A stretch of 32,000 nt of DNA from Candidatus Saccharimonadota bacterium (GCA_001029695.1 CP011211.1:990001-1022000), one strand, 5' to 3'. Positions 1 to 7,586 are shown, numbered from the stretch's first letter. Made by a program: numbers and translations. The notes: generated by a model not told the origin, from the letters alone.

Positions 1-794
1 AGTTCGTTGTGAATCGCCTGTGTTGTGACGTTTTTGCGGCTAAAATTACTTTCCTTGATTGCATCGGCAATTTCAGAAAAATGAAGTGGCTTGCCATTTT
101 CAGCGAGAATAACGTAGATTTTATCACGAATATTCTTTGGATTGACCGTTGGCCATTTGATAAGTCCCCAGAGGTCTTTTAGATGCGCAAGGTGCTTGCT
201 GACGCTTGCAAGTGCGCGAACCTGGCTTGGGTGCTCGTAGTTGAGTTGCTCGTGAAGCTGGTCGATTGTGAGTGGCTCGCCATGCTTTTTGATAGCTTTA
301 ACAATTGCGTCAACTTCTGTACGAATCTTCTTCTCATCACCGAAATCTTTGATAGCAACGGCATGACGATAATTATCGTTTTCATTTACGACAGTGAGGT
401 TTGGCGCGAGCTCTGCGATAAATGCAACGCGAGCACGCTCAAGAGGTTCTGCAGTTTTGCCGAGTAATTTATTGGCAAGGTCAGTGACGGTTGCAAGGCG
501 GCCCATCTCAGAGAGGTCGCGGACGATTTGCTTCTCTACTGCTGGGACTGCTGGAATTTTTCCTTCTTCAGCTGCGATCTTGAGGCGAATAAGAATAGCC
601 TTTTCGAGCTGACGAACACGCTCTCTCGTGATGCCAAGGAGTTCACCGATTTGCTCAAGCGTCTCTTTGCGATCGTAAAGACCGAAACGACGGGTGATGA
701 TTTCTCGTTCTCGCTCTTGATCGATTGTGCCAAGAATTGTTTCAACAATTGTATTGATATCAAGTGTTGTCTCTGTTTTGGGAGCTTCGCTCAT
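1..794 (-). CDS. Sigma-70 region-4 HTH protein with HARE-HTH-like distal part (partial; 3' end runs off the window start)
   Basis: Absent from the ORF track because it is open at the window edge. Reverse-strand ATG at 794 (cat at 792-794). Manual translation MSEAPKTETTLDINTIVETILGTIDQEREREIITRRFGLYDRKETLEQIGELLGITRERVRQLEKAILIRLK... stays open to base 1. RRFGL...TLEQIGELLGITRERVRQLE is a classic sigma-70 region 4 HTH. The distal KIYVILAENGKPLHFSEIADAIKE resembles a HARE-HTH. Confidence 0.75.
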   Translation of the reverse strand, partial: MSEAPKTETTLDINTIVETILGTIDQEREREIITRRFGLYDRKETLEQIGELLGITRERVRQLEKAILIRLKIAAEEGKIPAVPAVEKQIVRDLSEMGRLATVTDLANKLLGKTAEPLERARVAFIAELAPNLTVVNENDNYRHAVAIKDFGDEKKIRTEVDAIVKAIKKHGEPLTIDQLHEQLNYEHPSQVRALASVSKHLAHLKDLWGLIKWPTVNPKNIRDKIYVILAENGKPLHFSEIADAIKESNFSRKNVTTQAIHNE

Positions 795-860
795 AATGTG
801 GTATCGTCCTCTCTGCCTCACCTCAGACTGCATTGGATTTGTTATTTTCTCAATGTATTC

Positions 861-889
861 ACTATAAAACAAATTTTTCATAATGTCAA
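861..889 (-). promoter_or_regulatory. Promoter TTGACA-17-TATAGT for the gene at 1..794
   Basis: Reverse strand: TTGACA (884-889), 17-nt spacer, TATAGT (861-866). About 65-nt leader to ATG 794. Confidence 0.6.
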
Positions 890-1036
890 ACATTTTTCTT
901 GATTTATTCAATTATAGCATGAAATAGACGCCATTAGTAAAGAGTGTTTTAGGACTTTTTAAAACTTCAGCTATAGTATGTTGCTTATATACAGTAGTAG
1001 CTGTATGTGATATGGCACTACGGATAGCGCTCGTGA

Positions 1037-1822
1037 TTAACAATTGCCTTGACGTGCTGAGCCGCCTGGACGGATCATCCATGGCGAGCTAGCGCTCACA
1101 CTATGTACTACGCGAAGACAATAGTATGCGCCGCTTTCGATAGGTGTGGCGCTCGGTAGTTCTTCTTTTACTACTCCGTTTCCAGGGGTCGCCCAAGAAT
1201 CCCAGAATGTCATAATTGGAAATGAGCCACCCTGCGCGTTAAGCCGATTGATAAGTTCTTGATAGAACCCTCGTACGGTTGACTGTTGATTGGGGTGCCA
1301 AGCATCGCCAGCTGGAACAGATGCAATATAGTCACTGAAGGTTGCTTCCGCAACTGGTGTTGCGAACACCTTAGATTCCCAACCGGTGACTTGCATACTA
1401 CCGTGATTCCAGTTACCACAGCCGGTAATGTATGTGTCAGTGCCACCTCCCAGATTGACTCCTTGGCCGAAACCTTCGTTTATCAGGTCTTGGCAGATTT
1501 GAGCCATTAGCACGCCATTTTGCACAGCTGAGACTCGATCATAATACGGCAGTGATGATTCGACGAGCGAGAGAGTTACTTTTGGTGAAGGCTTAGCAGT
1601 AGCAGGAAGTGCCGTTGGATAATGGCCATCGATCGTTTTTGCTATTTCCATGTGTTTGGCTGCTTGCGTGAGATCGTTTTTGATTGTGGTTTCGATTGCT
1701 CTACTCTGGACACTGCTAAATGCTACGAGAGTGATTGCTGCGAGTATGCCGATTACGACAATAACAATGAGCAGTTCAACTATAGTAAAGCCTGAGTTTT
1801 GTTGAGGTGCCCACCGGTTCAT
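1037..1822 (-). CDS. Type IV pilin-like protein (prepilin N-terminal cleavage/methylation motif plus ~220-aa globular domain)
   Basis: N-terminus MNRWAPQQNSG|FTIVELLIVIVVIGILAAITLVAF has the G-FT(L/I)xE prepilin signature followed by a hydrophobic helix. Extended -10 TGTTATCAT (1831-1839, reverse strand) lies 8 nt from the ATG. Confidence 0.85.
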   Translation of the reverse strand: MNRWAPQQNSGFTIVELLIVIVVIGILAAITLVAFSSVQSRAIETTIKNDLTQAAKHMEIAKTIDGHYPTALPATAKPSPKVTLSLVESSLPYYDRVSAVQNGVLMAQICQDLINEGFGQGVNLGGGTDTYITGCGNWNHGSMQVTGWESKVFATPVAEATFSDYIASVPAGDAWHPNQQSTVRGFYQELINRLNAQGGSFPIMTFWDSWATPGNGVVKEELPSATPIESGAYYCLRVVHSVSASSPWMIRPGGSARQGNC

Positions 1823-1851
1823 TACGTTTTATGATAACAGATTTTTATATG

Positions 1852-1915
1852 AAAAACCCACCTCGAAAGATACTGCCGAGAGTAAATTCTCGAGGTAGGT
1901 CTTTCGGGGTGGGTT
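1852..1915 (-). terminator. Long hairpin plus T-run terminator downstream of 1923..2273
   Basis: Reverse strand: AACCCACCCCGAAAGA...TCTTTCGAGGTGGGTT, then TTTTTC. A 16-bp outer stem (one G-U) encloses an inner CGAGA/TCTCG hairpin. Confidence 0.7.
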
Positions 1916-1922
1916 AAGCTCT

Positions 1923-2273
1923 TTACGTTGTATCCTCGTTCCGTCGCTGATAAGCGACGGCTCTCCAGGAGAGGAGCGCGAATAAGAGGTACGTTGCGAC
2001 ATAGGCGGCAATCAGTGAACTCCGGCTACTTGCGTATATCGATAGGCTACTCTCGGGTAAGAGTACTTGACCTAAGGTAAGTGGAGTCCAAAGAAATACG
2101 CTGCAGGGCAAGAGTATACGCTCTCCGAAGCGGAGGGTGTGAGCTATTGCTCTTTCGGGCTGTTGTTGTGTAGCGCGGATGCCAGGCCTCAAGGTGATAT
2201 GGTGTATTATGGCTGAGCCTGTTATTACGACCAGCCATAATGCTATGTATAGTATTGTAGGCATCGTCATCAC
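1923..2273 (-). CDS. Small integral membrane protein, paralog A (~116 aa)
   Basis: Hydrophobic helices. Shares LRPGIRATQQQ and IAAYVATYLLFALLSWRAVAYQRRNE with paralog B (ILPGIRAARQQGQ, VAVYIAAYLILVFLSWKAIARQRRSK). Has its own promoter and terminator. Confidence 0.6.
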   Translation of the reverse strand: MMTMPTILYIALWLVVITGSAIIHHITLRPGIRATQQQPERAIAHTLRFGERILLPCSVFLWTPLTLGQVLLPESSLSIYASSRSSLIAAYVATYLLFALLSWRAVAYQRRNEDTT

Positions 2274-2306
2274 CGTCTCTCTGTGGGCTGTAAAAGAACT
2301 AGCCTT

Positions 2307-2335
2307 ACTATAGAACTATAGTTACATTGTGTCAA
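2307..2335 (-). promoter_or_regulatory. Promoter TTGACA-17-TATAGT for paralog A
   Basis: Reverse strand: TTGACA (2330-2335), 17 nt, TATAGT (2307-2312). Confidence 0.7.
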
Positions 2336-2341
2336 TATATG

Positions 2342-2386
2342 AAAAACCCGCCCCGAAAGAGCGATACTTGCCCTTTCGGGCGCGGG
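2342..2386 (-). terminator. Hairpin plus T-run terminator downstream of 2415..2768
   Basis: CCCGCCCCGAAAG (2347-2359) pairs with CTTTCGGGCGCGGG (2373-2386) with one bulged base. The reverse strand then continues GTTTTTC. Same architecture as the 1852-1915 hairpin. Confidence 0.7.
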
Positions 2387-2414
2387 CTTCATTTCATGTG
2401 GACGGGTCAATTCT

Positions 2415-2768
2415 TTACAATACAGCCTTACTCCGTCGCTGACGAGCGATAGCCTTCCAGGACAGAAATACCAGTATGAGATAGGCTGCGATATAGACAG
2501 CTACTAACGGCGCCGCAGTACTAGTGCTGATAGGTTGACCCATCTCTTCGGGGTGCTCGGACGACATCATTCTATCGATACCGAGCACTAGTAAGACCGC
2601 TAGACCGTAACCCATGACCATGATATTTCCAAGGTCAAGAAACACCATCTTTCTGTATTGACCTTGCTGTCTTGCCGCGCGGATGCCGGGTAGTATGGTG
2701 GATACATGTAAGGACGTAAGGAGAGCTACTATACCAAAGCCCATCGCTAATATCATTGTCATTATCAT
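2415..2768 (-). CDS. Small integral membrane protein, paralog B (~115-117 aa; likely start 2762)
   Basis: Paralogous to 1923..2273 (see above). The SD AGGGAG lies 6 nt upstream of the third-codon ATG (2762), so the first ATG at 2768 is probably too close. Confidence 0.6.
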   Translation of the reverse strand: MIMTMILAMGFGIVALLTSLHVSTILPGIRAARQQGQYRKMVFLDLGNIMVMGYGLAVLLVLGIDRMMSSEHPEEMGQPISTSTAAPLVAVYIAAYLILVFLSWKAIARQRRSKAVL

Positions 2769-2798
2769 CTCCCTGTAGGCTGTAAAAGAACTAGATAT

Positions 2799-2827
2799 AC
2801 TATAGGATTGTATTTATATTATGTCAA
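2799..2827 (-). promoter_or_regulatory. Promoter TTGACA-17-TATAGT for paralog B
   Basis: Reverse strand: TTGACA (2822-2827), 17 nt, TATAGT (2799-2804). The flanking sequence ggctgtaaaagaactag is duplicated from the paralog A promoter region. Confidence 0.7.
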
Positions 2828-2841
2828 TATATGCCGTTAGT

Positions 2842-5232
2842 TTAGGCGGATTTTTTACGAGTTGCTGTAACGGTCTTTTTGGCCGCTGGCTTTTTCTTTG
2901 CAGCTGGTTTCTTCACCGGGGCTTTTTTGGCTGTCGTCTTCTTTGCGAAGCGGCCTTTTGCTGGCTTTGCCTCAGCGAGGAGCTCGATAGCTTGCTCGTG
3001 AGTTATGTCTTTTGGCTCAACATCTTTTGGAATTTTTGCATTTTTTGTACCATCAGTAATATATGGACCATAGCGCCCCTTGAGGACTTTGATGCCATCT
3101 CCAAAATCAGCAATGTTCTTCTCTGCTTCAGTCTTTAGTTTCTCGGCGTAGAGCTCGAGCGCTTGATCGAGTGTGATGTCATGCGGGTCGATCGGTTTTA
3201 TGCTGACAAATAGCTTGCCAACTTGGATGTAAGGTCCAAAACGACCGATATTGGCTTTGATTACTTCGCCGTCTTTGGTTTCACCGACGACACGAGGGAG
3301 CTTGAACGCATAGAGTGCTTCTTCGAGAGTGACAGTTTCAATCTTACGACCAGCTGGAAGCGGAGCAAACTGTGGTTTGTTTTCTTTGTCTTCGGTGCTA
3401 CCGAGCTGAAGCATCGGGCCAAAGCGACCAAATCGTGCCATGACAGGCTTGCCAGATTTTGGATCGATGCCTATTTCACGAGCTTGTGCGACGGTGCTAC
3501 GGTCGATACCGCCCGACTGTTCAATAAGTTTGTGGAATGGCGTGTAAAATCGCTCAAGCATGGTGTTGCGTGCAAGCGCGCCAGTGGCGATCTGGTCAAA
3601 CTCTTCTTCGACGTTTGCTGTAAAGCCATAGTCAACGATTTGGTCGAAGTGATCGTTAAGGAAGTCACTGACGACCTGCCCTGCTCCAGTTGGGATGAGC
3701 TTGCCTTTATCTGCGCCAGTTTTTTCCTGCACAACTTCACGTTTAACAGTGCCATTTTCGAGCGCGAGTGTAATAACATCTCGAGGTGTTCCTTCACCGT
3801 CGCCCTTTTCTGCGTAGCCACGTACCTGAACTGTATTGATGATCGTCGCGTAAGTACTTGGGCGACCGATACCGAGCTCTTCAAGTTTCTTGACGAGGCT
3901 ACCTTCGGTAAACCGAGCGGGTGGTCGGGCGAATGTCTGACGAGCGCTCGCTGCGAGTAGTGCGAGATCGTCTCCAGTTTTTACTGGAGGCAGGATGTCT
4001 GGATCTTTTTTGCCGCCGCCGTAGATTTTCATGAAGCCGTCGAAGATGATAACTTCACCCTTTGCTTCAAATACTTTATCGCCAGAGCTGATTGCTATCG
4101 TGACAGTTGTCTTTTCAAGTTTTGCTGGTGCCATTTGGCTCGCGAGTGTGCGATTGCGGATGAGTGTATAGAGTTTTTGATCGTACTCATTACTACTGCC
4201 CCGTTCTTGACGCATGTCGGTTGGGCGAATTGCTTCGTGAGCTTCCTGTGCATTTGAGCTTTTCGTCTTGAAGGTGCGTACCTGAGAGTATTGCTCACCA
4301 AATGCACTCTTGATGTAGTCTGCCGCAGCAGCAATCGCTTGGCCGCTTAGGTTGACTGAGTCGGTACGCATATAGGTGATCTTACCTTCTTGGTAGAGCT
4401 TCTGTGCGCTCGACATAGTTGCCTTTGAGCCAAAGCCAAGCTTGGCATTTGCGTCTTGCTGGAGTGTACTGGTTGTAAAAGGAGGGCCTGGGTTTCGTGT
4501 GCTTGGACTTGTAGAGATATCGGCAACGCTAAACGATGCACCGATAAGGCTCTCAAGAAATGTCTGTGCTTCCTCTTCGGTGTCAAAGCGCTGTGGCAGC
4601 TCTGCTTTCATCTCGTCGCCTTCGTGAGCGAACTGAGCGATGACTTTAAATTGGAATGAGCCATTAAAGGCATCGATTTCTCGTTCACGCTCTACGAGTA
4701 GGCGAACTGCCGGAGATTGGACACGCCCAGCTGATTTACCACCTGGCACTTTCTGCCATACTACCGGGGATAGTTCAAAACCAACGAGACGGTCAAGGAT
4801 TTGACGAGCTTGTTGGGCTTGCACGAGGTTCATGTCGACGGTGTGTGCGTTTTTGATCGCCTCTTCGACGGCGCTTTTAGAGATTTCATGGTACGTGACG
4901 CGCTTCGTGGTTGTCGGATCAAGTCCAAGCACTTCACAAAGATGCCATGCGATAGCCTCCCCTTCTCGGTCGGGGTCGGTTGCGAGAAAGATCTGATCAG
5001 CTTCTTTTGCTGCTCGCTTGAGTTCTGTGACAACCTTTTTCTTTTCGGCGTCTACTTCATATGTTGTCGCGAAGCCATTTTTGACGTCAATTGGCGGCGT
5101 ACCGTCTTTTGTTTTTTTGACGATAGAACGAATATGTCCAACGCTCGAGAGAACGCGAAAGTCTTTACCGAGGTATTTCTCGATTGTTTTTGCTTTTGCT
5201 GGGCTCTCGACGATTACTAAATTCTTTGTCAT
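2842..5232 (-). CDS. topA: DNA topoisomerase I (type IA) with Zn-free C-terminal repeats and Lys-rich tail
   Basis: 796 aa. Toprim start MTKNLVIVESPAKAKTIEKYLG. Active-site region ITYMRTDS. Three GRFGPM/GRFGPY/GRYGPY C-terminal repeats without Cys4 fingers. Tail is KKTTAKKAPVKKPAAKKKPAAKK. Confidence 0.97.
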   Translation of the reverse strand: MTKNLVIVESPAKAKTIEKYLGKDFRVLSSVGHIRSIVKKTKDGTPPIDVKNGFATTYEVDAEKKKVVTELKRAAKEADQIFLATDPDREGEAIAWHLCEVLGLDPTTTKRVTYHEISKSAVEEAIKNAHTVDMNLVQAQQARQILDRLVGFELSPVVWQKVPGGKSAGRVQSPAVRLLVEREREIDAFNGSFQFKVIAQFAHEGDEMKAELPQRFDTEEEAQTFLESLIGASFSVADISTSPSTRNPGPPFTTSTLQQDANAKLGFGSKATMSSAQKLYQEGKITYMRTDSVNLSGQAIAAAADYIKSAFGEQYSQVRTFKTKSSNAQEAHEAIRPTDMRQERGSSNEYDQKLYTLIRNRTLASQMAPAKLEKTTVTIAISSGDKVFEAKGEVIIFDGFMKIYGGGKKDPDILPPVKTGDDLALLAASARQTFARPPARFTEGSLVKKLEELGIGRPSTYATIINTVQVRGYAEKGDGEGTPRDVITLALENGTVKREVVQEKTGADKGKLIPTGAGQVVSDFLNDHFDQIVDYGFTANVEEEFDQIATGALARNTMLERFYTPFHKLIEQSGGIDRSTVAQAREIGIDPKSGKPVMARFGRFGPMLQLGSTEDKENKPQFAPLPAGRKIETVTLEEALYAFKLPRVVGETKDGEVIKANIGRFGPYIQVGKLFVSIKPIDPHDITLDQALELYAEKLKTEAEKNIADFGDGIKVLKGRYGPYITDGTKNAKIPKDVEPKDITHEQAIELLAEAKPAKGRFAKKTTAKKAPVKKPAAKKKPAAKKTVTATRKKSA

Positions 5233-5274
5233 ATAATTATACGTTATGCTTATCGTATCTAAACACAGTGGCTG

Positions 5275-5303
5275 ATTGTATGCAACTTGGAACGTTACGT
5301 CAA
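5275..5303 (-). promoter_or_regulatory. Promoter TTGACG-17-TACAAT upstream of topA
   Basis: Reverse strand: TTGACG (5298-5303), 17 nt, TACAAT (5275-5280). About 40-nt AU-rich leader with no obvious SD. Confidence 0.55.
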
Positions 5304-5342
5304 TAGGACGCGTCTATATGCTATTGGGTCGAGACGTGAAAT

Positions 5343-5366
5343 GCCGCCCGTGTTGCCACGGGCGGC
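5343..5366 (-). terminator. GC-rich hairpin downstream of 5391..5606
   Basis: gccgcccgtg / ttgc / cacgggcggc is a perfect 10-bp stem. The reverse strand then continues ATTTCACG, a weak T tract. Confidence 0.6.
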
Positions 5367-5390
5367 GAGTAGTGAGATAAAACAGGATGT

Positions 5391-5606
5391 TCATGCGAAG
5401 GGGATGCCTCCATTCTGTTCGTAGAGATCGGCGATTGCGTCTTCATCGAGATTGAAACACTTAATCATCGGATCTTCATATGCCGAAGCGATATGAGAAT
5501 TGGGTACGTTGTAGCCCGAGACGGCAATACCATCTCCGCTGTGAAGCGGGCCCTTGAGTACCCGCTCTGAGAGTGTCTCGAAGGAGGGGGCGACGTAATT
5601 TGTCAT
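5391..5606 (-). CDS. Hypothetical 71-aa protein
   Basis: SD AAAGGAG lies 6 nt before ATG 5606. It has a dedicated strong promoter and terminator. I recognise no family. Confidence 0.55.
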   Translation of the reverse strand: MTNYVAPSFETLSERVLKGPLHSGDGIAVSGYNVPNSHIASAYEDPMIKCFNLDEDAIADLYEQNGGIPFA

Positions 5607-5710
5607 GACGACTCCTTTGTGATTCGATCCCCGTAAATCAAACTACTGTTTCTGAAAGAGTCAAACGCTAAATGTGTAGATGTGAGCGTGCTCCTTCTGA
5701 AACTATATGC

Positions 5711-5739
5711 ATTATACCACAAGCAATATTAAAAGTCAA
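5711..5739 (-). promoter_or_regulatory. Promoter TTGACT-17-TGGTATAAT (extended -10) with ~105-nt leader
   Basis: Reverse strand: TTGACT (5734-5739), 17-nt spacer ending in TGG, TATAAT (5711-5716). Confidence 0.7.
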
Positions 5740-5849
5740 TACATTTATAGGAAGAATGAGAAAAGCGACCAGCCGGTTGGATGGTCGCTGTACTCTTCAT
5801 GATTCATGAAGAGCCTGCTCGTAATGTGAGCAACACGGCTGGAGGGGTG

Positions 5850-6302
5850 CTACTTATCCTGCACACACAGTGTGATCTTGGTGATCGGCGTAACTTCGTG
5901 GAAGTCGTTGGCCGCATCAAGCGTGACTGTGGTTGCAGTCTGAGTGGCGACCTCGGGCGGGAGCTTGCCGGACACGGTATCATTCACAATGAACGATACC
6001 GCGCGGAGCTTGCCGGTAATGACAATGGAGACTTTCTCCTCGGTCATTGCGCTCTTGAGGATACTGTCATGGTAGGTGACGGTTCCCTCTTTCGCGAGAG
6101 CGACTTCGTTTGCCTGCATGTCGCAGACCGGTTTGCCTCCTTCGGTGGCGACACCAGGTGTGGTGCCACGTTCGATGTAGACGGGGATGGGGCTGGTGTT
6201 TTCCGCCACCGGCTCGTCATTCGACGAGCAAGCGGACAAGATCAGAACTGCGACGAGTAGTGCCAGGACAGCTGCTGCACGAGTCTTTTCCTTGGTTCCC
6301 AT
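5850..6302 (-). CDS. Lipoprotein (signal peptide with lipobox LSAC); start revised to ATG 6302
   Basis: MGTKEKTRAAAVLALLVAVLILSAC|SSNDEP. The ORF-track TTG start (6311) lies inside the -10 hexamer, so ATG 6302 is used. Confidence 0.8.
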   Translation of the reverse strand: MGTKEKTRAAAVLALLVAVLILSACSSNDEPVAENTSPIPVYIERGTTPGVATEGGKPVCDMQANEVALAKEGTVTYHDSILKSAMTEEKVSIVITGKLRAVSFIVNDTVSGKLPPEVATQTATTVTLDAANDFHEVTPITKITLCVQDK

Positions 6303-6309
6303 GATTTGC

Positions 6310-6338
6310 AATATAACATAATAATGTATCTATGTCAA
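6310..6338 (-). promoter_or_regulatory. Promoter TTGACA-17-TATATT, only 7 nt from the ATG (leaderless-type)
   Basis: Reverse strand: TTGACA (6333-6338), 17 nt, TATATT (6310-6315), GCAAATC, then ATG (6302). Confidence 0.65.
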
Positions 6339-6343
6339 TACAA

Positions 6344-7201
6344 TTATGTAATTGTCCACTGATTTCCACCTAGGCTACGGATCATGCCGTTTAGTTCAAG
6401 CATGGTTAGTTCTGTACTAAATGTGCTCACAGGTAGCTTCGTGAGGCGCTGCAGTTCGTCTCCGTCGCGCGTTCCTGATTGAATGAGTTGGAGTATTTGG
6501 GTTTGTAGTGGATTGTCACCAAGCGCAAGTTGCGTCTGCGGCTGCAGGAGATCTGGTGCGATGATTTCGAGAATATCCTGTGCGGAGGTGATCGGATGCG
6601 CACCCTGCTTGAGGAGATGGTTGCAGCCGGCACTTAAAGGGCTGGTGATATTGCCTGGCACGACGCATAGTTCCCTGCCTTGTTCGAGCGTATGGCCTGC
6701 GGTATTGAGGGTGCCACTTTTTGCTGCAGCTTCAGTGATGATAGTTGCATCTGATAGGCCGCTGACGATTCGGTTTCGTGCAAGAAAATGATGCACGCGA
6801 GCATCGGTATCAGGAGGATACTCGGTAATAATTGCTCCGCCTTTTGCAACGATGTCCTCCCCTATCTGCCTATTTGTGGCGGGCTGTATTGCTGGGAGGC
6901 CATTTGCAAGTACGGCAATAGTTGTGCCGCCAGCATCTAGCGCGGCTCTATGGGCGATAGCATCCACGCCAAGTGCGAGGCCGCTTACTATCACTACTCC
7001 GCGCTTGGCGAGCTCGTAAGCAATCTTATAGGTCACCTCTTTCCCGTAAGTGCTTGGCTTGCGTGTGCCGACGATGGCGACAGTTGGACGACGTTCGGTC
7101 GGTAAGTTACCAATAAAATACAACTTTTTAGGCACAAGCGCAATAGTAGTTATAATCTGTAAGAAATTATTGCTCTGGGGTGATAGTGAGTTGATTTTCA
7201 T
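6344..7201 (-). CDS. dprA: DNA processing protein DprA/Smf
   Basis: 285 aa. IVSGLALGVDAIAHRAALDAGGTTIAVLANGL and the Rossmann-like core are typical of DprA. The C-terminal winged-helix-like part is present. Confidence 0.92.
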   Translation of the reverse strand: MKINSLSPQSNNFLQIITTIALVPKKLYFIGNLPTERRPTVAIVGTRKPSTYGKEVTYKIAYELAKRGVVIVSGLALGVDAIAHRAALDAGGTTIAVLANGLPAIQPATNRQIGEDIVAKGGAIITEYPPDTDARVHHFLARNRIVSGLSDATIITEAAAKSGTLNTAGHTLEQGRELCVVPGNITSPLSAGCNHLLKQGAHPITSAQDILEIIAPDLLQPQTQLALGDNPLQTQILQLIQSGTRDGDELQRLTKLPVSTFSTELTMLELNGMIRSLGGNQWTIT

Positions 7202-7207
7202 AAGAAA

Positions 7208-7236
7208 AGTGTTAAAAGGTATTGACGTAAAGTCAA
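7208..7236 (-). promoter_or_regulatory. dprA promoter TTGACT-17-AACACT, 6 nt from the ATG
   Basis: Reverse strand: TTGACT (7231-7236), 17 nt, AACACT (7208-7213), TTTCTT, then ATG (7201). Its -35 interlocks with the divergent plus-strand -35. Confidence 0.5.
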
Positions 7237-7250
7237 ATCCGTGCTAATAT
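7222..7250 (+). promoter_or_regulatory. Plus-strand promoter TTGACG-17-TAATAT with no protein gene downstream
   Basis: TTGACG (7222-7227), 17-nt spacer, TAATAT (7245-7250). Confidence 0.65.
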
Positions 7251-7256
7251 GGTACA

Positions 7257-7519
7257 TGATTGATTGAGCTGCGAGGCCAATCAAACGCACCTTATACCCC
7301 CTATTCTAACTTATGTTAGGTTGCACGTCATGTTTCTTTAAAGTAACTACCCTCCACTTTTTACGAACTTGCTCTTTGAGCTTGACCGCATGACGCGCAT
7401 ACTAACCCCTTTAACCAGCGAGTATCTGCGCTCTGATCGAGATCACTACGCATGCCCCACGGGTGGGTTGAAGGGTAAAATGGCGCCAGGCGATGCCCAC
7501 CCTTGCCTGGCGCTTTTTT
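7257..7519 (+). ncRNA. Candidate ~260-nt non-coding RNA of unknown class (promoter-to-terminator unit)
   Basis: Bounded by the 7222-7250 promoter and an intrinsic terminator (7483-7519). Contains no SD-preceded ORF. Internal hairpins include TTGATTG/CAATCAA (7259-7285), CTAAC/GTTAG (7305-7319) and GGGTGGG/CCCACCC (7461-7503). Confidence 0.45.
7483..7519 (+). terminator. Intrinsic terminator (9-bp GC stem plus T6)
   Basis: gcgccaggc (7483-7491) pairs with gcctggcgc (7505-7513), followed by tttttt (7514-7519). Confidence 0.8.
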
Positions 7520-7541
7520 AGTGGAAAAATATTATGTAAAT

Positions 7542-7568
7542 AGCCCCGCCATATATCATGGCGGGGCT
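7542..7568 (-). terminator. Hairpin terminator downstream of 7587..8030
   Basis: agccccgccat / atatc / atggcggggct is an 11-bp stem. The reverse strand then continues ATTTACATAATATTTTT. Confidence 0.7.
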
Positions 7569-7586
7569 TTATTGCTTGACTGGACG

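Larger units (their letters stand above)
1851..2830 (-). repeat. Tandem duplication (two ~490-bp units) of a complete terminator-gene-promoter cassette
   Basis: Both units start gaaaaaccc(a/g)cc(t/c)cgaaaga (1851, 2341) and end ...ggctgtaaaagaactag..actata..tgtcaatatatg (2286-2342, 2778-2832). The coding parts have diverged and the regulatory ends are conserved. Confidence 0.75.

Noticed and set aside
3223-3960. 245-aa plus-strand ORF, together with the other track ORFs lying inside topA (2821-3138, 3471-3884, 4095-4659, 4801-5236)
   Set aside because: They are antisense or out of frame within a well-supported 796-aa TopA gene. They have low-complexity, Cys/Phe-rich composition and no promoter or SD.
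5620-5640. tRNA T-loop-like string (gattcgatcccc)
   Set aside because: It is an isolated match inside the SD-proximal leader of the 71-aa gene, with no surrounding tRNA structure.
7390-7521. 43-codon ORF (MTRILTPLTSEYLRSDRDHYACPTGG...) inside the candidate RNA
   Set aside because: It has no SD and its 3' end is simply the terminator hairpin read as codons. An RNA is more parsimonious, though conservation analysis could revive it.
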